This document shows positions 23,417-34,770 of a stretch of DNA of 64,000 nt, in pieces. The translations under genes and the position numbers were made by a program. Position 1 is the stretch's first letter. Each line of letters starts with the position of its first letter. The notes below the pieces were generated by a model. That model made no database searches. It was not told where the DNA came from and saw only the letters and a list, made by a program, of their open reading frames with translations. Source of the stretch: Scyliorhinus canicula (Eukaryota); assembly GCF_902713615.1 (NCBI RefSeq), contig NC_052158.1:40043729-40107728 (forward strand), in the 5' to 3' direction.

Positions 23417-26191
23417 ATGGATAAAAGAAGAAAAGAAGAAGTAGGAGAACCTGGAGAAGTAAAAGATGATGTGGGTGCAGAGAAGGATTTTTCTGATACG
23501 GATTCAGCTCGGTCAGAACATAATACTCTCTCTCCTCAGTCTCGTTGTCAGGATGATGATCCATGTGAAGAAAATAAAGAAGATTTTAGCATATTTTTGC
23601 AAAGAAGCGATTTTGGCTGTTTGAAGAAACCGATTCCAGATCATTTGAAGATGACAATATTACAACATGGCCCTGAAAGATATCAGAATAAAAGTGCTCC
23701 ATTTGCTGAGAAGGATGGGAGATCATTTTCCAAACAGTGGTTTGATAAAGTTTCCACAAACGGAGAAATTGTGGAGAGAAAATGGTTGTTATACTCTCCA
23801 TATCGGAAAGCATGCTACAGTTTTGTTTGCTTTTTGTTTTCAAAGGAGCATTTGTCGTCTGTGTCAAACTTTGGAAAGGAAGACGGTTTCTCCACGTGGA
23901 GAAAATTAAATCCAACAATACCTGACCATGAGAAAAGCCCTTCTCATAGAGCTCACATGAGGGAATACCTGAACCTCGTAGTTCGACTCAATCATTCAAC
24001 TACGATAGATGCTGAACTTCAACAGCAAATGTCTCCTGAAAAGAAAAGATGGAAAGCTATAACTGAACGGATTGTCGAGGTTATATCCTTTCTGGCAAAA
24101 CAGAATCTGGCCTATCGTGGACATCGAGGAGAAGGAATATCTGGGTTATCAGAGCCAGGGGAGACAGTCAGTGAAAATACAGGAAACTTTCGAGCAACAA
24201 TCAGACTTTTGGCCAAATATGATGACATCTTAGCAAAACACTTGCAGAGAGGGAAAGAGAAACCAAAAAGTGTCACCTACTTGTCCAACAGAATTCAAAA
24301 CGAAATAATCAATCTTCTTGGTGAAACTGTCAAGAAAAATATAATTTCCGAAATTAAGGACGCAAAATATTTTAGCATAATGCTGGATTCAACTCCAGAT
24401 ATTGCCCATGAAGATCAGGTTTCTGAAATTCTGCGTTACGTTAATATTTATGAAAACAGAAAACTAGAAATAAAGGAGACATTTCTGGGATTTTTTCAAG
24501 TCAACAAGAAAGATGCAGTCAGCCTGGTAAATAAAATTCAGGAAAAATTGGAAGAAGACAAAATTTCCATGAATGACTGTCGTGGTCAAGCATATGATAA
24601 CGCAGCAGTTATGGCTGGAGTGAGAGGTGTTCAACAAAAAATTCTTGAAGTTAACCCAAAATCTGTGTTTGTGAACTGCGAGAACCAAAGCCTCAATTTG
24701 GCCTGTGTCCATGCAAGTGAGGTGCAGCCTGTTGTTGTTACATTTTTTGGCATTCTAGAAAAACTCTACTTTTTTTTCTTCATCTACTTCTCGTTGGGAA
24801 GTGTTAAAATCTTTTGTCACTCGGACTGTGAAAAGACAGTGTGACAGAAGATGGAGTTCCAGCCATGATGCTGTGCAAGTAATCCACGAAGAGTGTGACA
24901 ACGTTATTGCAAGCCTTCAACACCTGCTGGAAGGAGAATTTTCAAGGGAAACTAAATCTGATGCAGGATCGCAACTGAACTCTATTCAACAGTTCCCGTT
25001 TATAGCTTTATTAAATTTTTGGTACTCAGTTTTATCATCAGTGGAGAAAGTCTCAAAACGTTTGCAGGATCCGAAAATGGGATTCCATGAAGCTTCTTGT
25101 GATCTGAGAGGACTTATTCATAACTTGAATTTGAAGAATGATGAAATTATCCACAATTTAAACATAGACATAGAACAGTACAGCACAGAACAGGCCCTTC
25201 AGCCCTCTATGTTGTGCCGAGCAATGATCACCCTACTCAAACCCACATATCCACCCTATACCCGTAACCCAAACCCCCCCCCCCCCTTAACCTTACTTTT
25301 TAGGACACTACGGGCAATTTAGCATGGCCAATCCACCTAACCCGCACATCTTTGGACTGTGGGAGGAAACCGGAGCACCCGGAGGAAACCCACGCACACA
25401 CGGGGAGGACGTGCAGACTCCACACAGTGACCCAGCCGGGAATCGAACCTGGGACCCTGGAGCTGTGAAGCATTTATGCTAACCACCATGCTACCGTGCT
25501 GCCCATTGATGCAATAGATTTAGCCAATGAATATTGTGAAAATTGGGGAATACCAATTGCACGAACAAGGAGAAGAAGAATAATGCCTGGAGAGTCAGCA
25601 AGAGATAGTGGACTGACGGCACAAGAAGAAATGAATAGAGTAATGGTAGAGATTGTGAACAGATTAAAAACTGAAATTGAAGACCGCAGTGTCCGTCTTC
25701 AAAGACTCAGTGACCGATTTTCTTTTCTTCTGAACTTGAATTCAGTAGTGATTGAAGATGAACAAGAAAGAGAGAAATTAAAAAAGGAATGTTCAGACTT
25801 TGCAAATTATTATGACAATGATGTGGTTGCAATTCAGTTCTATGACAAAATTATTGATTTTGTGATGCTCCTTCGAGCTGGAGGAAATAGAGTTCCCGCT
25901 GATCCTAAAGATGCTCTGTAGTCTTTACTGCAGTATGGGAGGGATGTCTTTCCGACGCTGTGTGTTTCATACAGATTACTATTTACAATCGCATTTTCAG
26001 TCGCAAGCTGTGAAAGGTCATTTTCAAAACTGAAATTAATAAAAATATATCTGAGGTCTTCTATGTCACAGGAGCGACTGACCAACCTGGCTTTAGTAAG
26101 CATTGAAAAAGAATTTCTCACAGCTGATGTAAAAAATGAAGTAGTTCAGGTGTTTTGTGACAGGAGGTATCATTTGGGGAAAAGAACTTAA
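23417..26191 (+). pseudogene. hAT transposase pseudogene
   Basis: TTF-like WLLYSP..CFLF, DUF4371-like region, FSIMLDSTPD, GQAYDNAAVMAG and C-terminal CERSFSKLKLIK.YLRSSMSQERL. Frameshift in the T run near 24775, SINE insertion at 25161, stop at 25919. Confidence 0.9.
25161..25504 (-). mobile_element. HE1-like SINE inserted in the hAT transposase
   Basis: Interrupts DEIIHN|IDAIDLANEY. Confidence 0.92.
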
Positions 26192-26588
26192 TAAATTTGA
26201 TTGATTTATATTAAAATCGAATAAAGCGTTTAGTTCATGTTTCATCTGTGTTTATAGATTCAAAATGTTTTCCTTTCTCATAATATTTCTCAGTATATTA
26301 GGCCTTATACTTGAGTCTTTGGGGCATACAAACAAGATTTGCCCCGGGCATCACCAGACCTCTGCACACCACTGGAGGAAACTAATCCTGTTTACAGACT
26401 GGGGAAAATACAAATAACAAATCTACCCAGACTCCATTTTATTGTCTAACTTGAACATTTCCTGAACCAGGCTGAGGATAAATGATTGGTCAGCTTCCGA
26501 AAAACAGCCAATTAAAGGATAAACTATCCTGTGTCACCAGTTACCAGGAAGATCAAACTCAGACAGAGAGAGATTCAGGAAGTGAATT

Positions 26589-26736
26589 CACAGTGAGATT
26601 GTGGAGACCTCATCCAGCAGCTCCAGTGTAAAGAGAGGAGACACTGGGACCCTGGGACCCTGGACTCCCCCCTCACAGTGAGATTGTAGAGACCTCGTCC
26701 AGCAGCTCCAGTGTAAAGAGAGGAGACACTGGGATC
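26589..26736. repeat. Left part of a 77-bp tandem array (2 copies)
   Basis: Same unit as 30703-31164, separated from it by the LTR element. Confidence 0.9.
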
Positions 26737-29700
26737 TGTGTTGTTCCTCGTGTCTTAATAAAGCTCGTAGTCTCAAATGTGGAGAAGATGCTTTATTGTG
26801 AATTCGTTCTCTCTTCAGAGCTTTACCTACGGCTACCTCAAGTGCTACTAGCTGGTGTGCCTGTCCCTGCTACGAGTTTCTGCCTTCTGTGAAGTGTGTC
26901 CTAACTCCTGTCCCGGTCTATTTATATGGCTCTCCAGTGCTCCCTCTAGTGTTTGCTCAGTTGTATTGCATCTAGTTAACTTGTGATCACCACATCCCCC
27001 TTTTTCTCTTTACATATTTTCTGTACATCGTTAAAGAAAATTATACAAAACAGTTACTTACGATATGCGTATCTATACAAGTGATGGTGCTATTGCATAT
27101 TTTTTTTTTACAAAGCCAATGTATTTATGAGTCCAATCTTAATAAAACATTTATGGGTCCAAACTTGATGAATTTGTTCAGTTTTTTTTTTTTCTTTTTG
27201 TTGTTGATGACATGGTGATATTGATATTGCAACTCCGTTGTGAATGTTGTTGGTGTTCCTTGTTATTTTAAGTACCCAATGCGTCATCCCGAGGTGTTTG
27301 CATGGTCACATCACTGATGTTGACTGGCATGGACTGTTTTTTTCTGTGCTTGTGGTATTGATTTATTATCTCATCCGCCTTGGATGCTGGTGTGCTTGCT
27401 TGTTCTGGAGCAGATGTGAGTTTGTGCGATTCGTTGTCATCCCATGACATGTTTGTAGTCTTGTCATCGTTTTGCAGTGTGCTGTGGCATTGTCCTTCAT
27501 GTACTGAGTAGTACCATTGTGTACAAGTCGTTGTTTCATTGCTGTTGTTTCTGTCGTTCCTGTCTTTGTTGTTTTCGTTGCCGTACTTGTTGCTGTTTTT
27601 GTCGTTTCTGTCTTTGGTGTTGTCGCTGTCGTTGTTCCTGACTTTGTTGTTTTCGGTGCCGTTCTTGTTGCTGTTCTTGTCGTTTCTGTCTTTGGTGTTG
27701 TCGCTACCTTTGTTCCTGACTTTGTTGTTTTCGTTGCCGTTCTTGTTGTTTCTGTCTCTGTCGTTGTCGCTATCTTTGTGCCTGACTTTGTTGTTTGTCT
27801 TGTCGCGCTTCATGTTGCTTTTGTTCTTGCTGTTGTTGTTCTCGTTTCTGCTGTGCTTCTTGCTATTGTTGTTGGTCTTGTCGCGCTTCATGTTGCTTTT
27901 GTTCTTGCTGTTGTTGTTTTAGTTTCTGCTGTGCTTCTTTTGACGTTTGTTTTTCTTGTTATACTCTATGAGTGTCCCGTGTGGATAATTTGAGTCATTG
28001 AACATTTCGTCTCGAGAATGGTGAGACTGATCTGATGTTGCATCGGTGCTGGTGACATCAATCATTTGTGGAGGATTTGATTCCTCATCTTTGCTTTCTT
28101 GGTGCTCCTCTTCTGGAGTCAACTTCTTCTCGATTTCATTTGACGCGGTGTCTCTGGATTCTTGGCGCTCCTCGTCTGGAGTCAAAAACTTCATGATTAC
28201 AATTGACGTGGTGTCTGTGGACTCTTGGCGCTCCTCTTCTGGAGTCCAAATCTTCATGATTTCTGTTGATGTTGTCTCACTGGACTCCAGGTGCTCCTCT
28301 TCTGGAGTCAAAATCTGCATGGTTTCTGTTGGCGTGGTCTCTCTGGACTCCAGGTGCTCCTCTTCTGGAGTCAAAATCTGCATGTTTTCTTTCGGCGTTG
28401 TCTCTCTGGACTGTTGGGTGGCCCGACTCTGTGCTTCTGTACAGACAAGCTGAGAACTGTCAGTCTCGCTGTGATCCTGTACGTCGAGTGTGATCACCTT
28501 GTCACTGTTTTCGCATGCAGTAGGTAGAGGTACATTGTCTTCTTCTTGTACATGTGAGCTTGTTAGACTTTCATAGTCTGCTTGTGGTTGCTCAGATACG
28601 GCGGGTTGACCTTCATGGTCTTGTTCATGCATGGTGTCAGTGGTTAGATGTACGTTGTCTTCTTCTTGTTCATGTGAGCTTGGTAGACTTTCATAGTCTG
28701 CTTGCGGTTGCTCAGATACAGCGGGTTTACCTTCATGGTCTTGTTCATGCATGGTGTTCGCCAGGGAGTGTTTGCTTGCATCCCTGTTGGAGTCTTTCAT
28801 CACTCGCACTGTGGAGCCTGTCATCGCTCGCTCTGTGGAGCCTGTCATCGCTCGCTCTGTGGAGTCTTTCTGTGCTCTCTGTGTGGCGTCGTCTTCGTCT
28901 TGGGTATTGCTGTCATCCAATGTATCGACGAGCTGCCATGGCATCATGGTGTTGGATTCATCTACCACGAGTAGATTCGTGTTGAGCTTTGCAACGGTGT
29001 CGCTGATGCTGTGATCAGCATATCCAAATAACTCAGCCATCTCTGAGTAGTATTCTTTGAAACCCAAATCATCTTGGTTGGCTTCTTCTACCACGAGTTG
29101 ATTCGTGTTGAACTTTGCGACCGTGTCGCTGATGCTGTGATTAGCATATCCGACTGACTCAGCTATGTCTGAGTAGTATTCTTCGAAAACCAAATCATCT
29201 TGGTTGGATTCTTCTACCACGAGTTGATTCGTGTTGAACTTTGCGACCGTGTCGCTGATGCTGTGATAAGCATATCCGACTGACTCAGCCATGTCTAAGA
29301 GGTAATCTTCGAAAAACAAATCATCGTTTGTTGTTTCGGAATTCTTTTTGTTCTCTTCACTTTGGGTGGTGCAGACTGCTTTTTTCAGGGTGTTGTGCGA
29401 GTTATTTTTAACTGCTGGTTTAAGTTCAGGCGTTTTTCTGTGTTCTGAGGCAAGAAAATTTGCTTTTACCACTTTAAGTGTCTTGTTTTCAATTTTCGGG
29501 CATTTCCCTTTTAAGTGGGCGTGGTCGGGATGCTCAGGCGTCATGACGTCACGCGTAGGAATTAATTGCGCATGCGCAAATCGGCCTTCCTCCTTCACTG
29601 TGCGGTTTTGTGTCCATTGCGCATGCGCGACTTGCGCATGCGCATAATGATCCGCGACCAAAACTTTTTTAGACTGCGCATGCGCGGCTTGCGCATGCGC

Positions 29701-30683
29701 ATAACGATCGGCACCGCGACCTTTTTTAAACTGCGCATGCGCGGCTTCCGGTTCCGGCGCATGCGTAGACGCAATTTGTAGTTTTTTGCTTGCCCGAGAC
29801 TGCAAAATGTGCTCCGACGCCATTTTATCGCGGATTTCAGCGTTTTTTTCTTTCTAAAAGTTGTAAATTACCTTTTCTTTCCGATCTGGACTGGATTTCA
29901 GCGTTTTGGCATTGTGAAAAATTCATGTTATTTCTTCTTTTTGATCTGTACTTTTCATTCACGATCTCTTGTTCTTTTCGTGATTTTTTAAGTTTTGCAT
30001 CACTCAGTCTCTGTGCAGTTTGGCCTCTGAGCATGCCTTGCTGTTCAAATTCCTTACAGTACTCTTCGAATTTGTTTAGTATTGTTTGTAAGCTGTTTCT
30101 GTCTTCACCTTTTGAGTATTTAAATCCATTATAAACTTTCGTAGCTTCATGTCCTTCGATGAGAATTGCTATTTTAATTTCGTCTGAGGCTGCTTCTGCA
30201 TCATATGCTATGATACCGAAATCGAACCATTGTTTAAACCGTTTCCAGACACTTCTTACATTTCCAGTCGTGTCCAGCAGAAGTGGGAATCCAAGGCACA
30301 TCCTCCCATCAGCAATGTCTTCCCAAGTCGAATGTCCAGTAGGAGATTTCCATGCCATTTTGTTCTTTCTGTGTCTGCCACTGAGTTGTCCCATAGTAAG
30401 CGTCTGAAGCCACTCCTGGGTACCATGTGTTGTTCCTCGTGTCTTAATAAAGCTCGTAGTCTGAAATGTGGAGAACATGCTTTATTGTGAATTCGTTCTC
30501 TCTTCAGACCTTTACCTACGGCTACCTCAAGTGCTACTAGCTGGTGTGTCTGTCCCTGCTACGATTTCTGCCTTCTGTGAAGTGTGTCCTCACTTCCTGT
30601 CCCGGTTTATTTATATGGCTCTCCCGTGATCCCTCTAGTGTTTGCTCAGTTGTATTGCATCTAGTTAACTTGTGATCACCACA
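26737..30683 (-). mobile_element. Non-autonomous (pol-less) Gypsy-derived LTR element, LTRs 26737-26994 and 30426-30683, TSD GGATC
   Basis: 258-bp LTRs about 96% identical by eye, GGATC on both flanks, PBS TGGTACCCAGGAGTGG (30410-30425), PPT GAGAAAAAGGGGGA (26995-27008), decayed gag 29837-30340, no RT or IN motifs. Confidence 0.92.
27919..29823 (-). CDS. 634-aa acidic, internally repetitive ORF of the LTR element
   Basis: Uninterrupted ORF with AHAQ repeats, three DDL.F..Y..AESVGY..HSISDTVAK modules, three TERAMTGS, two TMHEQDHEG modules and about five LTPEEE modules. Coding status unproven. Confidence 0.45.
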   Translation of the reverse strand: MASEHILQSRASKKLQIASTHAPEPEAAHAQFKKGRGADRYAHAQAAHAQSKKVLVADHYAHAQVAHAQWTQNRTVKEEGRFAHAQLIPTRDVMTPEHPDHAHLKGKCPKIENKTLKVVKANFLASEHRKTPELKPAVKNNSHNTLKKAVCTTQSEENKKNSETTNDDLFFEDYLLDMAESVGYAYHSISDTVAKFNTNQLVVEESNQDDLVFEEYYSDIAESVGYANHSISDTVAKFNTNQLVVEEANQDDLGFKEYYSEMAELFGYADHSISDTVAKLNTNLLVVDESNTMMPWQLVDTLDDSNTQDEDDATQRAQKDSTERAMTGSTERAMTGSTVRVMKDSNRDASKHSLANTMHEQDHEGKPAVSEQPQADYESLPSSHEQEEDNVHLTTDTMHEQDHEGQPAVSEQPQADYESLTSSHVQEEDNVPLPTACENSDKVITLDVQDHSETDSSQLVCTEAQSRATQQSRETTPKENMQILTPEEEHLESRETTPTETMQILTPEEEHLESSETTSTEIMKIWTPEEERQESTDTTSIVIMKFLTPDEERQESRDTASNEIEKKLTPEEEHQESKDEESNPPQMIDVTSTDATSDQSHHSRDEMFNDSNYPHGTLIEYNKKNKRQKKHSRN

Positions 30684-30702
30684 GGATCCTGTACTCCCCC
30701 CT

Positions 30703-31164
30703 CACAGTGAGATTGAAGAGACCTCGTCCAGCAGCTCCAGTGTAAAGAGAGGAGACACTGGGACCCTGGACTCCCCCCTCACAGTGAGATTGAAGAGACC
30801 TCGTCCAGCAGCTCCAGTGTAAAGAGAGGAGACACTGGGACCCTGGGCTCCCCCCTCACAGTGAGATTGAAGAGACCTCGTCCAGCAGCTCCAGTGTAAA
30901 GAGAGGAGACACTGGGACCCTGGACTCCCCCCTCACAGTGAGATTGAAGATACCTCGTCCAGCAGCTCCAGTGTAAAGCGAGGAGACACTGGGACCCTGG
31001 GCTCCCCCCTCACAGTGAGATTGAAGAGACCTCGTCCAGCAGCTCCAGTGTAAAGCGAGGAGACACTGGGACCCTGGGCTCCCCCCTCACAGTGAGATTG
31101 AAGAGACCTCGTCCAGCAGCTCCAGTGTAAAGAGAGGAGACACTGGGATCCTGGACTCCCCCCT
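30703..31164. repeat. 77-bp tandem array, 6 copies
   Basis: Units start at 30703, 30780, 30857, 30934, 31011 and 31088. Confidence 0.95.
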
Positions 31165-31833
31165 CCTGGACATTATCAACCATCACACTAAACAGAAAAG
31201 TGAAATAAATATCTTGGTGTTTCTGTGTTGGTTTGGGGAAGACTTGTTGGGTAGTTTGGGATAATTTCACACTCTCTCTGTGTAGGGTGTGGATAAGAGA
31301 TCTTTGCAAACACTTGGTGAGTGCGTCTCCAATGGCAACTGAACTTTACCCCCATGTGACATCATCAAACTATAATTCACCCATCAACAAGGTCCTCACT
31401 CCATAACCTACTAAATCATCAATTTAAATTTCAATGATGAAATATCAAGAAATATACAACCCTGTCAGATTGTGTGAAATGATTCAGTTTGTTTCCACAT
31501 TGCTGTGTGGACCATGGTACAGAGCTGTTAGCTTTCACATCTCTGTGACCTCCTTCCACACCAACACACTGACTTTCTGAGGTTCCCTACACTTATCGGT
31601 CTGGAGTTCTCACGAGGAGAGGTGCGGTGTATTGATCACCCCTACCATGGCGGTGGGCTAACTGAGAGGAGAGTGGGATTCCGCTCCTTACTGGGAGGAA
31701 TTCCTGCCCTCGGGAGCTGCTGTCCAATCTGCTTCACCGTCACCTCCATTAGTCCCAGCAGCACCACCACTGAGTAGTGGTCACTGCTGGGACTGCAAGC
31801 AGGCCCCAGGTTGGAGACAGGCAGGGTGTGTGG

Positions 31834-32243
31834 TGATGTGTTTGGCAGGTTGGTTTGATGTGGACTGCACTTGATGCAGAGAAGCTAGAAACAGACGTCT
31901 AACACTGGAGAAGATCCAACACTATTTTATTCAACTATAGAACTGCTATACATATTCAGCTGTGGGTCGACACTATACTGATCTGACTGGAGACCTTGTA
32001 GTAGCCTGACCAGACTTACTAGCTACAGCATGGTGTTTGCACTGGCTAGCTCGTGGACTCTGACTGTCTCAGTACCTGGGAGAGGGAGTCCAGAGAGAGC
32101 AGGGAACCTAGTGCCCTCTGGCTTTATAGTGGTAGTGTCCTGTCTGGTGATTGGCTGCACTGTGCTGTATGCTTACTGGTCATCCTGTGTATCAATCACT
32201 GCCTGTCTGCATCTCATTATATCCATGAGTAGATATAATGACA
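31834..32243 (-). mobile_element. Solo LTR with 5-bp TSD TGTGG
   Basis: TG...CA termini, TGTGG at 31829-31833 and 32244-32248, same family as 784-1187 and 1887-2269. Confidence 0.85.
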
Positions 32244-32539
32244 TGTGGATAAAGGTGTGAGGAGGGATCCTGGAGTCTATGGAGGGGAGCGAGGGTGTGC
32301 TGGAGGCAATGTAGGGGGAACAAATTGGGGGCTAACATCTTGGAAGATGACCCAATATGATCCCCAAATGAAGCCCTTCCTGGTTTTGACACAAAATTTA
32401 AAATAACTATTTTCTCTCTCTCTCGTCTGCCTGCCTACACCAACTGCGGGCAACATAATATTTGGGCCAATTGCCTTGTTAACAAGTTCAATTTTCCATC
32501 ACGGTCCATCTAAAGCACTGTGGACAGTATTGGTCTGTT

Positions 32540-33030
32540 TATTTAATGAAGCTTCTAAATGTGTTGGAAGTTATTCAGAGAAGGTTTACTGGACTAATAC
32601 CCGGAATGGCCGGGTGGTTTGATGAGAGTTTGGACAGGCTGGTGTGATGATCAGTGTATCATTTATATTTCTGTGTAGGTCAGGGTAAGCTGTGTCTGTG
32701 GGTGTCTAAGGTTAATCACAGGAGGGGTTGGTGGAGTCATATTGTCTGCAGAATCTAACAGATAAAATACTAAAGGTAACATTCTTCTTTTCTCTCTCAG
32801 AGATTGTGTCTCTGGAACTCTCTTCCTGAACAGGAAGAGGAAGCTGAGCCTTTGAATATTTTTAAGGCAGAACGAGGTAGATTGTTGCTGAACAAGGGGG
32901 TGAAAGGTTATCGGGGTCAGCAGGAATGTGGGAATGAGGTTACAATCAGATCAGCCATGATCTTTTTGAAGATGGAACAGGCTCGAGGGGTCGAGTGGCC
33001 TACTCCTGTTCCTTGGTCATATGTTTGTAC
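32540..33030 (+). mobile_element. Degenerate CR1 3' fragments
   Basis: LE..QRRFTGLIP-like text and a 3' end (LWNSLP..AE.LNIFKAE) with a CR1 tail. Confidence 0.7.
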
Positions 33031-33399
33031 GTAGAGCTGTTCACACTCACAGTCTCTGTGACCTCCTTCCTCACCAAGACACTAACTTTCTGAGGTTCTC
33101 TATGCTTCTCATTACTGAGAAGCTGGTCACACTTCACCCTCACCTCATTGGGAAATGTCTTGGAGTTTGATTCACTAAAGTTATGAGACGTCTTCCTCTC
33201 CTCTGTCTCTCGCTGTCATCTTCTTTTCTGTAAACAGGTGAATCAATGCTGATGGGAAGCAGTGAATGATGCTGATATTTGGGATGAACTCAGCCAGTTC
33301 ACATTGAATTGAACCTCAACAAGTTCCCATTCCAAGGGTCACAAGCTGCTGAGTGAATGAATTAAACCTTTCTTGTGAAATCAGTAAAGAAGAATTCAG

Positions 33400-33808
33400 A
33401 CAAGTCAAACACTGATAATTATTTATTGACTGGAAACCACAATTATCAGTTATCACAGAGAAACATTGATGATATAAATAATTACAGACTATTTTCCATA
33501 AATATATTTTAGCTCTAAAATGTATAAAAAGTTAATGAAAGAACAGGTTACATATGACATCACATAAAGTGTAAAATAGTCCAGTTCCATCAATATAAAA
33601 TGTGGCTCTCTGAGTTTCGACTGTGAGAGGCGTCACGTTGCTGATACTGGATGGAAAGCCTACTTCAGAAAGTCTCACTTGAAGAATCAGGATCCCAACC
33701 TGGTGTCTCTGGGATCCATTGTTCAATCAGTGGAAACACATTCCCAGGAAAAATTGATCTCAATCATCAAAGAACTGAGTGTAAACAATGAGCTGTAATT
33801 CTGTGTGT
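33400..33808 (-). other. Probable terminal 3'UTR exon of the MHC class I gene
   Basis: Minus acceptor CCTTCCATATCTCCGCAG at 33809 and minus AATAAA at 33422-33427. The 3' end is approximate. Confidence 0.55.
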
Positions 33809-33959
33809 CTGCGGAGATATGGAAGGATGGATAATGATGTCCAGGTTCAGACTAGAACACGCCAATCCCGTTATTCATCAATGAAACCCCGGGAATGTCC
33901 TGCAGTGGAGCCCAGTAAACCCACGAGGTAAGGAATGGAGAGAAACAAGACAATCGGTT

Positions 33960-34623
33960 CAGGGTCAGGAGGGAGTGAAATTAGTCTGACAGGTTTAACA
34001 GTGTCTGGGAGAGTGAGACAGGGTCAGGCGGGAGTGAAATTAGTCTGACAGGTTTAACAGTGTCTGGGAGGGTGAGACAGGGTCAGGAGGGAGTGAAATT
34101 AGTCTGACAGGTTTAACAGTGTCTGGGAGGGTGAGACAGGGTCAGGAGGGAGTGAAATTAGTCTGACAGGTTTTAACAGTGTCTGGGAGGGTGAGACAGG
34201 GTCAGGAGGGAGTGAAATTAGTCTGACAGGTTTAACAGTGTCTGGGAGAGTGAGACAGGGGCAGGAGGGAGTGAAATTAGTCTGACAGGTTTAACAATGT
34301 CTGGGAGAGTGAGACAGGGTCAGGAGGGAGTGAAATTAGTCTGATAGGTTTAACAGTGTCTGGGAGAGTGAGACAGGGTCAGGAGGGAGTGAAATTAGTC
34401 TGACAGGTTTAACAGTGTCTGGGAGAGTGAGACAGGGTCAGGAGGGAGTGAAATTAGTCTGACAGGTTTAACAGTGTCTGGGAGAGTGAGACAGGGTCAG
34501 GAAGGGAGTGAAATTAGTCTGACAGGTTTTAACAGTGTCTGGGAGGGTGAGACAGGGTCAGGAGGGAGTGAAATTAGTCTGACAGGTTTAACAGTGTCTG
34601 GGAGAGTGAGACAGGGTCAGGAG
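33960..34623. repeat. 59-60 bp minisatellite, about 11 copies, in the last MHC intron
   Basis: Unit GGGTCAGGAGGGAGTGAAATTAGTCTGACAGGTTTAACAGTGTCTGGGAGAGTGAGACA. Confidence 0.95.
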
Positions 34624-34668
34624 GAAAGCGATGTCCATGGGAAATAAAGTAAAATTTCACTTACTGAA

Positions 34669-34700
34669 TCATGAAGGTTCTGGAACAGGGACATCAGAAG
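34669..34700 (-). CDS. MHC class I last coding exon (TSDVPVPEPS*), exon 34665-34700
   Basis: Acceptor TTTTATTTCCTCAG, donor GTAAGT, phase 1, in frame with the upstream exon, stop at 34669-34671. Confidence 0.7.
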
Positions 34701-34770
34701 CTGAGGAAATAAAAACAAAATGTAAGAAATGGAATAAAATATCAAAATTGAGAGTGAGATTTTCTATGGG

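Larger units (their letters stand above)
22343..26374 (+). mobile_element. hAT DNA transposon (Tip100/Zaphod, ZMYM1-like), disrupted
   Basis: TIRs GAGTGGCGTGCAGAG and CTCTGCACACCACTG. No 8-bp TSD seen. Confidence 0.88.

Noticed and set aside
22335-26382. 8-bp TSD for the hAT element
   Set aside because: The flanks TCCCCAAA and GAGGAAAC do not match.
27517-27993. Very hydrophobic plus-strand ORFs resembling membrane proteins
   Set aside because: Antisense of an A-rich N/K/D repeat.
31088-31190. Minus-strand exon MVDNVQEGGVQDPSVSSLYTGAAGRGLFNLT in the 77-bp unit
   Set aside because: No recognisable domain or partner exons, and the 77-bp period breaks the frame.
33827-33927. Plus-strand mini-exon MDNDVQVQTRTRQSRYSSMK.. 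ending in a GTAAGG donor, resembling a lectin-receptor tail
   Set aside because: No downstream TM or lectin exons found; it lies antisense within the MHC last intron.
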